Assembly (NCBI GenBank): GCA_964573805.1
Contig: CAZNKP010000024.1
Coordinates: forward strand, 827-64,826
Direction of reading: 5' to 3'
Source of the DNA: an uncultured Desulfobacterales bacterium
Lineage (GTDB): Bacteria; Desulfobacterota; Dissulfuribacteria; Dissulfuribacterales; QOAL01
DNA: 64,000 nt
Shown: positions 28,576 to 37,900 of the stretch, piece by piece
How the letters are laid out: each line of letters starts with the position of its first letter
Numbering within the stretch: position 1 is the stretch's first letter
Notes under the pieces: model-generated
Databases searched by the model: none
What the model was told of the DNA's origin: nothing
The model's input: the letters and a program-made list of their open reading frames with translations, nothing else
Made by a program: the position numbers and the translations under genes

Positions 28576-29898
28576 TCACTTCCCGGCAAGGAATTGAGCA
28601 TTGCTAACAATAATATGGCCCTTCTCTAAAAAGGGAAGGATGGATCTATATTCAACCGGCCTGATCCGGCACCTTATGCCCATAGACTCCAGAAACAGAT
28701 CTTCTGTATCTCTTATCCAGTTGTGAAGCTGTGGCAGGCTACCAGTAAAAAAGGATTCATCAATTGCAACAGGGATATCTACCTGGGTTAGGTGCTTGTT
28801 CCTGCCGAGCACAATCAAAAAGGACAACTCCTTACCGCCGGTAGAATAACAGATAAGGTTTCTTACGTGCTCGGGCGATATCTTTACACCCCTTACCACA
28901 ACAATTTGGTCACATCTTCCACTAACAGGGGCCATACGCCAAGTTGTCCTGCCACAAGGGCATGTATTGATTTCCAGCTTTGTTATATCTCCTGTCCTAA
29001 AACGCAAAAGAGGATTGGCCCTGGCCGTAACAGTTGTTATAACGAGTTCTCCTTCCCGCCCGGGCTCCAGCACCTCTAGGGTCTCTGGATCTATTACTTC
29101 AGGGATTACGTGATCAAGGGCTAAATGAAGACCTTGTTTTTCCGAACACTCGTAGGCCATGGTAGGACCACATGCCTCAAAGATGCCGTATGCAGCCCTT
29201 GTCTCAACATCAAGCTCCTGTACAAACACATCCCTCACATCTTGGGTTAGGGTCTCGCCTAAAAGGATCATAAGGCGTAGATTAAGGGCTGCAAGAGGCA
29301 TGTTTCTTTCCTTAAAGGTCTCAAGCATATAAAGGCCATACGATGGGGTAGTAACCAAAACAGTGGTTTTGAAGTCTACCATAACCCGTATTCTGCTGAG
29401 GATAGAGACAGGATCAGGAGGAATAACAAGGGCCCCCAAAAACTCTGCCCCCTCTTTAAGGTCTTGACCATGAAGAGACATGCCCGGATCAAGGCAAATC
29501 TGCACTATGTCGTCCTCATTTACTCCAGCGGACCGAAAAAACCTAGCCGTAAGCTCTGTTCTCCTTTTCAGGTCTGGCTTGGCATAACCCAGGGCAATTG
29601 GATTCGGCTGGCCGCTTCTCAAGGTATGAATACGGACGATATCGCGAAGGGGCACTGAAAAGAGTCCGTAAGGATAGTTTTCAGAAATGTCCTTCATACT
29701 AGTAAAGGGCAATTTGACAATATCTTCTACAGAACCTATCTGATCCGGTCCGATTCCCGTCTCCTCCATCCTCTTCCGATAGAATGGAACCCTGTTATAT
29801 GCCCGGTTTACAGTACTTTGGAGAAGCTCTGTATGCCATTGACTCCATGCATCTGGAGAAAGATATTCTACACGGTCCAGTTCCATGTCTCTTTTCAC
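28576..29898 (-). CDS. Phenylacetate--CoA ligase family (PaaK-like adenylate-forming enzyme)
   Basis: PaaK-type N-terminus (VPFYRKRMEETGI...VKLPFTSMKDISENYPYGLFSVP) and AMP-binding core blocks. 4-nt overlap with livF. Confidence 0.75.
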   Translation of the reverse strand: MKRDMELDRVEYLSPDAWSQWHTELLQSTVNRAYNRVPFYRKRMEETGIGPDQIGSVEDIVKLPFTSMKDISENYPYGLFSVPLRDIVRIHTLRSGQPNPIALGYAKPDLKRRTELTARFFRSAGVNEDDIVQICLDPGMSLHGQDLKEGAEFLGALVIPPDPVSILSRIRVMVDFKTTVLVTTPSYGLYMLETFKERNMPLAALNLRLMILLGETLTQDVRDVFVQELDVETRAAYGIFEACGPTMAYECSEKQGLHLALDHVIPEVIDPETLEVLEPGREGELVITTVTARANPLLRFRTGDITKLEINTCPCGRTTWRMAPVSGRCDQIVVVRGVKISPEHVRNLICYSTGGKELSFLIVLGRNKHLTQVDIPVAIDESFFTGSLPQLHNWIRDTEDLFLESMGIRCRIRPVEYRSILPFLEKGHIIVSNAQFLAGK

Positions 29899-30629
29899 CT
29901 TTCTGATAGGTCTTTGTAATCCTTACCAAGATAGGCCCTTTTAATTTCACTGTCTTCTGCAAGATCAGAGGCCCTGCCCTGCAATACTATACGGCCTGTC
30001 TCCAGTATGTAGGCCCGATGAGAAATCTCGAGGGCCTTCTTGGCATTCTGTTCCACAAGCAATATGGTCATGCCTTCTTGGTTGAGTTCAACTATCGTTC
30101 TGATAATGGTATCAACAAGCCTTGGAGCAAGACCCAAAGAGGGCTCATCCAGGAGAAGCAATCTAGGTTTTGCCATAAGGGCCCTACCAATAGCAAGCAT
30201 CTGCTGTTCCCCTCCACTCAATGTGCCAGCAGTCTGGTTGATACGTTCCTTGAGCCTTGGAAAGAGTGTAAAAATCCTATTCATTTCCTCATTGATTACT
30301 TTATCATCAACATTCTTCCTAGCATAGGCACCTAGCATCAGATTTTCATATACTGACAAAGGGCTGAAAAGTTGCCTTCCCTCCGGACAATGGGCAATAC
30401 CAAGGGCCACTATCTTGTCTGGGGATAGGCCTTTGATAGAGTGGTCGAAAAATTTTATTTCACCAGAAACAGAACCAATAAGCCCGGATACAGAAAGAAG
30501 AAGGGTGGTTTTTCCTGCCCCGTTGGCACCAATAATAGAGACTATTTCACCTTCATCCACGTGAAGGGAACAATTTTTAAGAACTTGGATGGGGCCGTAA
30601 CTGGCATTTAAATTTTTTATATGAAGCAT
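29895..30629 (-). CDS. livF: Branched-chain amino acid ABC transporter ATP-binding protein (LivF-type)
   Basis: Walker A GANGAGKTT, signature LSGGEQQML, Walker B LLLLDEPS. Confidence 0.85.
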   Translation of the reverse strand: MLHIKNLNASYGPIQVLKNCSLHVDEGEIVSIIGANGAGKTTLLLSVSGLIGSVSGEIKFFDHSIKGLSPDKIVALGIAHCPEGRQLFSPLSVYENLMLGAYARKNVDDKVINEEMNRIFTLFPRLKERINQTAGTLSGGEQQMLAIGRALMAKPRLLLLDEPSLGLAPRLVDTIIRTIVELNQEGMTILLVEQNAKKALEISHRAYILETGRIVLQGRASDLAEDSEIKRAYLGKDYKDLSER

Positions 30630-30705
30630 CTGGATATTTGCCCTTTAGCATCATATCTCTATTTTAGGCCATCGCAAGAAAAGACGGCCTTTGTTTTTTT
30701 CATGT

Positions 30706-30728
30706 TGCCATATTGCCTCAATATGGCA
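30706..30728. promoter_or_regulatory. Inverted repeat TGCCATATT-N5-AATATGGCA in the livF/livK divergent region (candidate operator)
   Basis: Perfect 9-bp arms at 30706-30714 and 30720-30728. A third direct TGCCATATT copy lies at 30760-30768. Confidence 0.4.
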
Positions 30729-30963
30729 CATGAAAAACCTTTTTTCCAGCTCTTCCTGCTGCCATATTTGAGCTGTTTTTCGATTTTAATGGATCAAAAC
30801 GTGTGATCCAGCAACACGACTTCCAAGATCCCCAGACAAATCTGCTGCAAAGAACATAAAATAAAAGTTGAAATTTTATATAGATACCACAGTTAAGCGT
30901 TGATAAATGCGCTCTTTTTGTGTATTAGTCAACACATATAAAAATTCAGAGGGAGGAGAAGAA

Positions 30964-32115
30964 ATGCGTTTCTTGAAAAACCTTATCACCATCCTGGCGG
31001 TCTTATCAGTTGTAACTATTACTTGCAGTCCAAACGTTCAAGCCAAAGATACCTTGAAAATAGGTTCCTTTTTGGCAGTAACAGGGCCTGCATCGTTCCT
31101 TGGAGACCCCGAGTTGAAGACCCTTCAAATGTATATAGACGAGATAAACGCCAATGGTGGGATAAACGGTCACAAGATCGAATTCATCCATTATGACACA
31201 AAAGGCAAGGCCAAAGAGGCCAAAAACTTTGTCAACCGTCTTATCAAAAAAGACAGGGTTGATGTAATTATTGGGGGTACCACCTCTGGCAACAGCCTGG
31301 CCGTAATCGACATAGTTGAAAAGGCAAAGGTTCCTTTTATCTCCCTTGCCGGTTCCATCAAGATTGTCGAACCGGTGAAAAAGTGGGTTTTCAAAACCCC
31401 CCATACAGATAAGATGGCAGCAGAAAAAATCTTTACAGACATGAAAAAACGGGGGATCAAAAAGGTCGCTCTCATCACTGGGAATGGCGGATTTGATAAG
31501 TCTGGCCGTGCCCAGTGCCTAGCACTTGCGCCGAAGTATGGCATTGAGATAGTGGCAGATGAAAAGTATGACAATGCCGACACAGATATGACCACCCAGC
31601 TTACAAAAATCAGGGCAACGGATGCCCAGGCAATAATAAACTTTGGTTTTGGAAAGGCCCCTGCAATCGTTGCCAAGAACATCAAACAGCTTGGAATAAA
31701 ACTTCCTGTTTACGAGTCTCACGGCGTTGCATCAAAAAAATTCATAGAACTCGCAGGAGATGCGGCAAATGGTATAAGGCTACCTGCTGCAGCTCTCATA
31801 GTGGCAGACCAGCTACCTGCTGACGATCCACAGAAAAAGGTGCTTTTGTCATACAAAAAGAAGTTTGAAGAAAAATACGGTCCGGTCTCCACCTTTGGAG
31901 GTCACGCCTATGACGCCCTTTTCATAACAGTGGATGCTGTAAAAAGGGCTGGAACCATAGACAGGTCCAAAATCCGTGACGAAATCGAAAAAACTCACGG
32001 ATTTATTGGCACAGGTGGAATCTTTAACATGAGCCCCACGGATCACCTTGGACTAAACCTAGACGCATTCAAAATGATCGAGATAGAAAATGGTAATTGG
32101 AAACTGCTTTACTAA
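30964..32115 (+). CDS. livK: ABC transporter periplasmic substrate-binding protein (Leu/Ile/Val-binding family)
   Basis: Signal peptide MRFLKNLITILAVLSVVTITCSPNVQA and a type-I PBP pattern (LKIGSFLAVTGPASFLG...). GAGGGAGGAG RBS before the ATG at 30964. Confidence 0.85.
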   Translation: MRFLKNLITILAVLSVVTITCSPNVQAKDTLKIGSFLAVTGPASFLGDPELKTLQMYIDEINANGGINGHKIEFIHYDTKGKAKEAKNFVNRLIKKDRVDVIIGGTTSGNSLAVIDIVEKAKVPFISLAGSIKIVEPVKKWVFKTPHTDKMAAEKIFTDMKKRGIKKVALITGNGGFDKSGRAQCLALAPKYGIEIVADEKYDNADTDMTTQLTKIRATDAQAIINFGFGKAPAIVAKNIKQLGIKLPVYESHGVASKKFIELAGDAANGIRLPAAALIVADQLPADDPQKKVLLSYKKKFEEKYGPVSTFGGHAYDALFITVDAVKRAGTIDRSKIRDEIEKTHGFIGTGGIFNMSPTDHLGLNLDAFKMIEIENGNWKLLY

Positions 32116-32141
32116 TAACTCTTTAATATAGCTTGTCAAAA

Positions 32142-32176
32142 CCCCCGTTCCAGACACCTGGACGGGGGTAATTTTT
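32142..32176 (+). terminator. Intra-operon hairpin/attenuating terminator between livK and livH
   Basis: CCCCCGTTCCAG-ACAC-CTGGACGGGGG stem followed by TAATTTTTG. Confidence 0.55.
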
Positions 32177-32220
32177 GCCCTTTTTCAAAAAAATATTTTT
32201 GTGCCAGGAGAGCCTTCTAA

Positions 32221-33093
32221 ATGGACCAACTTCTGCAATTCATAATAAGCGGATTGACTGTAGGGTCCATCTATGCCCTCGTTGCCCTGGGCTTTTCCAT
32301 TATCTATAACGCCTCAGATGTGGTAAACTTCGCCCAAGGAGAGTTTGTAATGATAGGTGCCATGAGCACAATCTTTATGCTCAAGGCAGGGCTCTCCTAT
32401 CCACTTGCAGCTTTCCTTGCCATTGCTGTCACGGCCTGTGTAGGCCTGGCCCTGGATAAGTTCGCAATTGAACCGGCCAAAAACGCTACGGTAGTAAGCA
32501 CCATTATTATTACCATTGGGGCATCGATATTTCTGCGTGGAGCGGCTCTGCTCATCTGGGGAAAAGAGATTTACGGCCTCCCCCCTTTCACCTCAAACGA
32601 TCCTATAAAAATTGGGAGCGCAACCATTCTTCCCCAAAATCTGTGGGTTATGCTTGGCACAGCCGTAACGGTCTTTGCAGTTAAATACTTTTTTGACCAT
32701 ACAAGGATGGGGAAGGCCATCCTTGCCTGTTCTTATAACAAAAAGGCTGCATATCTTGTGGGTATAAATGTGAAAAGGATGCTGCTTGTCTCTTATGGCC
32801 TTTCAGCCGCCCTTGGAGCTGCTGCAGGACTTCTTGTCACGCCCATTACATTTATGTCCTATAATGCAGGGGTCATGCTAGGGCTTAAGGGTTTTTGTGC
32901 TGCTATCCTAGGAGGAATGGGAAACTCTATGGGGGCTGTGCTTGGTGGCATTCTTCTTGGGATCGTTGAGACAGTAGGGGCAGGATTCATTTCATCAGGA
33001 TATAAAGATGCCATAGCCTTCCTCGTCATAATGTTGGTTCTCTTTGTCAAGCCAAGCGGCATACTGGGAAAAGGAGAGACAGAAAGGGTATGA
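32221..33093 (+). CDS. livH: Branched-chain amino acid ABC transporter permease (LivH-type)
   Basis: 290-aa polytopic membrane protein with a LivH-type N-terminus (LLQFIISGLTVGSIYALVALGFSIIYN). Confidence 0.85.
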   Translation: MDQLLQFIISGLTVGSIYALVALGFSIIYNASDVVNFAQGEFVMIGAMSTIFMLKAGLSYPLAAFLAIAVTACVGLALDKFAIEPAKNATVVSTIIITIGASIFLRGAALLIWGKEIYGLPPFTSNDPIKIGSATILPQNLWVMLGTAVTVFAVKYFFDHTRMGKAILACSYNKKAAYLVGINVKRMLLVSYGLSAALGAAAGLLVTPITFMSYNAGVMLGLKGFCAAILGGMGNSMGAVLGGILLGIVETVGAGFISSGYKDAIAFLVIMLVLFVKPSGILGKGETERV

Positions 33094-34049
33094 AAAGGCT
33101 TTCTGGATTTGTTCTTTTTGGCGCCATCTGCCTCATCTTGCCCATAGTCTTTCCAGATAACTATTATGTTACAGTAGTCGGACTAACCATCTTCATAAAT
33201 ATAATATTGGCTGTCAGCCTTAATCTCCTTATGGGCTTTGCTGGTCAGATTTCCCTTGGCCATGCTGCATTTTTTGGGCTTGGAGCCTATTCTTCGGCCA
33301 TCCTCACAATCAGGTACGGGATAAACCCCTGGCTCGCCATGCTGGCGGGATCCGTCTTTGTATGCATCCTTTCTTATATTTTATCGCGCCCCATTCTGAA
33401 ACTAAAGGGCCACTATCTGGCCATGGCCACCCTTGGACTTGGAATAATAGTACATATATTCTTTGTTCAGGCAGACGAACTGACCGGGGGTCCAGACGGC
33501 ATCTCAGGCCTTCCTCCTCTCTCTATTTTGGGCATTGTCATAGACTCGGATATAAAGTGGTACCTGGTCCTTTGCACATACATGCTTCTAAGTGTGCTCT
33601 TTTCACTGAATATAGCAGATTCGAGAGCGGGACGTGCCCTTTCTGCAGTACATGGAAGCGAAATAGCTGCCCAGATGATGGGTATCGACACTGCAAAGGT
33701 AAAATCCCACATCTTTGTCTTTTCGGCCCTTATGGCCTCTATTGCAGGAAGCCTCTTTGCACATCAACAGGACTTTGTAAGCCCTGAATCCTTCAGTTTT
33801 TTCTTCTCTATCGAGCTTGTAACAATGGTGGTCCTTGGTGGTCTTGGCTCAACATTTGGTGCTGTTATTGGTGCGTTCATTCTATCTATTCTGCCGGAGG
33901 TGCTGATCGTCTTTGAAGACTTTGAGGTACTTATATTCGGGGCCATACTGATGATCATAATGATCTTTTTGCCAGAAGGACTCTTTGTTGCCTTGAAAAA
34001 CAAGGTCTTGGCGCTACTGTCTGCCAGAGCCAAAAGGGAGAGCGCTTAA
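33090..34049 (+). CDS. livM: Branched-chain amino acid ABC transporter permease (LivM-type)
   Basis: Polytopic protein with GQISLGHAAFFGLGAY block. ATGA overlap with livH. Confidence 0.85.
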   Translation: MKRLSGFVLFGAICLILPIVFPDNYYVTVVGLTIFINIILAVSLNLLMGFAGQISLGHAAFFGLGAYSSAILTIRYGINPWLAMLAGSVFVCILSYILSRPILKLKGHYLAMATLGLGIIVHIFFVQADELTGGPDGISGLPPLSILGIVIDSDIKWYLVLCTYMLLSVLFSLNIADSRAGRALSAVHGSEIAAQMMGIDTAKVKSHIFVFSALMASIAGSLFAHQQDFVSPESFSFFFSIELVTMVVLGGLGSTFGAVIGAFILSILPEVLIVFEDFEVLIFGAILMIIMIFLPEGLFVALKNKVLALLSARAKRESA

Positions 34050-34051
34050 CA

Positions 34052-34813
34052 ATGGCTGCCCTTCTTGAGGTAAAAAGACTTGAAAAACGTTTTGGAGGTC
34101 TGAAGGCCATATCTGAGCTTAGTTTTTCAGTGCCTGAAAGGATGATTTTTTCCATTATAGGTCCAAATGGGGCTGGGAAGACCACCCTTTTTAACCTCCT
34201 TACCAATATTTACAGGCCAAGTTCAGGCTCCATACTCTTTAAGGGAAAAGATATAACGTCATTGCCACCATTTAAGATTGCAAGACTCGGTATAAGCAGG
34301 ACTTTCCAAAATCTTCAAGTGTTTCTCAACATGAACGTGATAGAAAATGTCATGGTGGGCTGCCACCTGCGTTCAAAATCAGGCCTAATAGCCTCTGCTC
34401 TCCGTCTGCCCTCTGTTATCAAGGAGGAGAGAGACGTAAAACAGATGGCCCTTGAATCATTAAAATTCTGTGGGCTTTCAGACTATGCCAACAGGCCGGC
34501 AGGAGGGCTTCCTTATGGAATCCTGAAAAAACTCGAAGTGGCAAGGGCCATCGCTGCCAAGCCCAAGCTGCTCCTTATGGATGAACCTGCTGCTGGACTT
34601 AACGATACGGAAACTGCAGAGCTTTGCCAACTTATTAAAAGGATATGCGATTCTGGCATTACTGTATTGCTTGTTGAGCACAACATGAGCCTTATAATGG
34701 AGATCTCCCAAAGGGTGTTGGTACTCAACTATGGAAGGCTCTTGGCTGAAGGCCCTCCTGAGGAGATCCAAAAAAATCCAGAGGTGATTGCGGCCTACCT
34801 TGGCCAAGGGTGA
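34052..34813 (+). CDS. livG: Branched-chain amino acid ABC transporter ATP-binding protein (LivG-type)
   Basis: Walker A GPNGAGKTT, LivG-type signature LPYGILKKLEVARA, Walker B LLLMDEPAAG. Confidence 0.85.
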   Translation: MAALLEVKRLEKRFGGLKAISELSFSVPERMIFSIIGPNGAGKTTLFNLLTNIYRPSSGSILFKGKDITSLPPFKIARLGISRTFQNLQVFLNMNVIENVMVGCHLRSKSGLIASALRLPSVIKEERDVKQMALESLKFCGLSDYANRPAGGLPYGILKKLEVARAIAAKPKLLLMDEPAAGLNDTETAELCQLIKRICDSGITVLLVEHNMSLIMEISQRVLVLNYGRLLAEGPPEEIQKNPEVIAAYLGQG

Positions 34814-34976
34814 CAAAAACGCCCATTGCCCAATGCCTCTTGGCATATTTGATGGAAAAGTATATGTTTTCTTGCTGTCTGAACGAATATTCACCCTGAC
34901 TTCCTAAACGGGAATTACGCTTTCAGGGTTGGCTGAATGCCATAAAAATTCACATGATAAGGAGATACTGCTTCTT

Positions 34977-37900
34977 ATGGAAACCTATAATAATCCCCGG
35001 GAAAAAGATGCATGCGCCATTATAGCCTTTGTTGACAAACGGGGCCGGAGCACCCATGCAAATATAGCAAAAACCATTGAGGCCCTTCAAAAGATGGGGC
35101 ACCGTTCAGGAGATATTGATGGAGAAGGAGATGGCTGCGGCATACTTTGTGACATACCAAGAAAAATTTGGGCAAAACGCCTGGAAAAAGATGGACTTAG
35201 CCGGCATCTTGCAGATAGTAGAAGCTTCTTTGTGGGCCACTTTCTGCTTCCATGCTCAATAGTGAAAGATGAAAAGTCTGTCCTTGAGAAGATAAGACAA
35301 ATATTTAAAAAGGAATCCATAAAACTCCTTTTGGAGGTAAAAGGTAACACAAGAAACTACGAGCTTGGACCACGGGCCTTGGCTGAAGCTCCTCTGTTTT
35401 GGCAAGTAGCAGGAATGCTGGAATTTTCCACAATCCAGGAGGCACAGAAAAGCCTTTTTATGATCCAGATGGAAATAGAAAAGGAAATACCTGAAATCCA
35501 CATTGCCTCTCTCAGCCCAGACTCGGTGGTCTACAAGCTGCGAGGTACGCCTGATCTCCTTCCGAGGGTCTTTCCAGAGCTGATGGACAAAAATCTGACC
35601 TCCATTATCAGCCTTGGCCACAGCAGGTACTCCACCAACACCCTGCCCACGATGGAACGTGCCCAGCCATTTTCAGTGCTTTGCCATAACGGCGAGATAA
35701 ACACTATCGAACGCCTAAGAAGCACCGGAAGGATACTTGGCATAGAGCCGGTTCCGGGAGGAAGCGACTCCCAGGATCTCAATCGCATAATCGAGGGTCT
35801 CATCAATATGTACCAGCTTGATCCAATGGAGGCCCTTGAGATGGTGTTTCCTGCCATACACAGTGAGGTCGAATATTATGAAAAGGACCTACAAAAGGTC
35901 TTTGATTTCTACCGTTGGTTCTTTCCCAGCTCTGCACAGGGCCCTGCAGCCGTAGTTGCCAGATATGCCAACATATGCATGGGAAGCGTAGATGCTCTAG
36001 GGCTGAGGCCTTTATGGTTTGGCGAAAGCGACTATGAGTATTTCCTCTCGTCTGAAAAGGGTGTGGTAGATATAAAAAATACCATGACCGATCCGATTCC
36101 ATTGGCTCCTGGAGAAAAAATAGCCATAGAGGCCAACCTTGGCCAAAAGGCAAAGGTGTACAGACACACCCAATTTCAGGAAAGGCTAAAGGAACTCATG
36201 CATCAGCGCAGGACCAAACTGGCCCTGCTGGACGGCCTTGTCCGGTCTGATTCTGTAAAGGTAAAGGATTCCGCATCCTTAGACTCCCTAGGGCTAAAGC
36301 TGAAATCGCCACATAAGAAATATAAGGAAATAAATCTCCTAGGGGCCTTTGGCTGGCAAAAATATGATATGGATCTTAGAAAACGTGTAGCCCTTGAGGG
36401 CATAGACATTATCGGATCTATGGGACACACTGGCCCCTTGGCTGCCCTTATGCCAGAGGCGCTTCCAAACTGTTCAGAATTTTTTAAGGAAAACGTGGCA
36501 GTTGTTACAAACCCTGCGATCGATAGGGAAAGAGAAGCCGAACACTTCACAACCAGAGTCATCCTGGGGGACAAACCATGTCTACTTGTTGAGCAAGATA
36601 AGGCCCCTACCGGCCTTGAGATCCTTTGTCCCCTCCTTTTGGATTACCAAAGCCTCGAAGATATCCTTGACAAAGGAAAAATCAACGGGCTGGCAAGGAA
36701 TCATGGCTCAGTAGTGCTTGAAGATATCCTTTCGTACTTTTCAGGAAACGGCCTCGATCCCTCAAGGGTCAAGATGCTTAGTTGCGTATTCACCCCGGCC
36801 AAGGAGCTAAAAAGCCAACTTGAGGCCATGTGCAAGGAAGCAACAGATGCAGTTAAAAATGGAGCTGTCATAGTGCTTCTTGACGATAGCAACGCATTCG
36901 TCCAAGACGAATGTTTCATTGACCCTGCACTGGCAGTGGCCTATCTCAATCAAAAGCTGGAAGAAAAACATCTTAGACGCCGCTGCAGCGTTATAGTCCG
37001 CTCTGGAGCCATTAGGAACCTGCATGACATCATGTTTCTTTTAGGAATGGGGGCGGACGCGCTAAATCCGTATAAGCTTTGGCAGACGGTTACTTCGTTT
37101 GCCAATGACAAGGTGGACAAGCCCAAGACCATTTCAAACACTATAGACGTATTCCAAAAGGGTATGGAGAAGGTCATGTCCACCATGGGTATACATGAAC
37201 TTTGCGGCTATGGCCGCATATTTGCCGGCATTGGCGTAACCGAAGAATTTGAAAAGATATTTAAGGTACCCTGCTTTTGCAAATCAAAGGATGTAGGGCT
37301 TGGCTTTCATTTAATGGAAAAGCTCGGCATGGAACGCATTAAGCGGGCCTTGGAAGCGGAAGAAATACCACTTTATGGTGAACCAAACAGGAACGCAAAG
37401 GTTGGCCGTATATTGAGACAGACTGCTGAGGGCAAAAAGGGCTATCTTGAAATGGCAAAGGGCCTGGCGAAGATAGACGAGCAGATGCCCATTGGAATAA
37501 GGCACCTTTTAAAGCCTGTCTTCCCTGAAGAGGAAAAAAGGCTCACTATGGATCAAGTGGACATATCTATTGGCTACCATGACATGCCAATTGTCATTGC
37601 AGCCATGAGCTTTGGCTCCCAGGGAGAAAATTCTTTCAGAAGTTATGCAGAGGCCGCAAAGAAGGTAAACATCATTTGCATGAACGGTGAGGGCGGCGAG
37701 ATCCCCGATATGCTTGGAAAATACCGGAAGAACAGGGGCCAGCAGATCGCCTCTGGCAGATTTGGTGTCTACATGGAGCTTTTAAACTCTGCCGACTATC
37801 TTGAGATAAAGATAGGCCAGGGGGCAAAGCCTGGCGAAGGTGGCCACCTGCCAGGCCAAAAGGTATCAGAACAGGTGGCAAAGGCCCGTCACTGCAAGCC

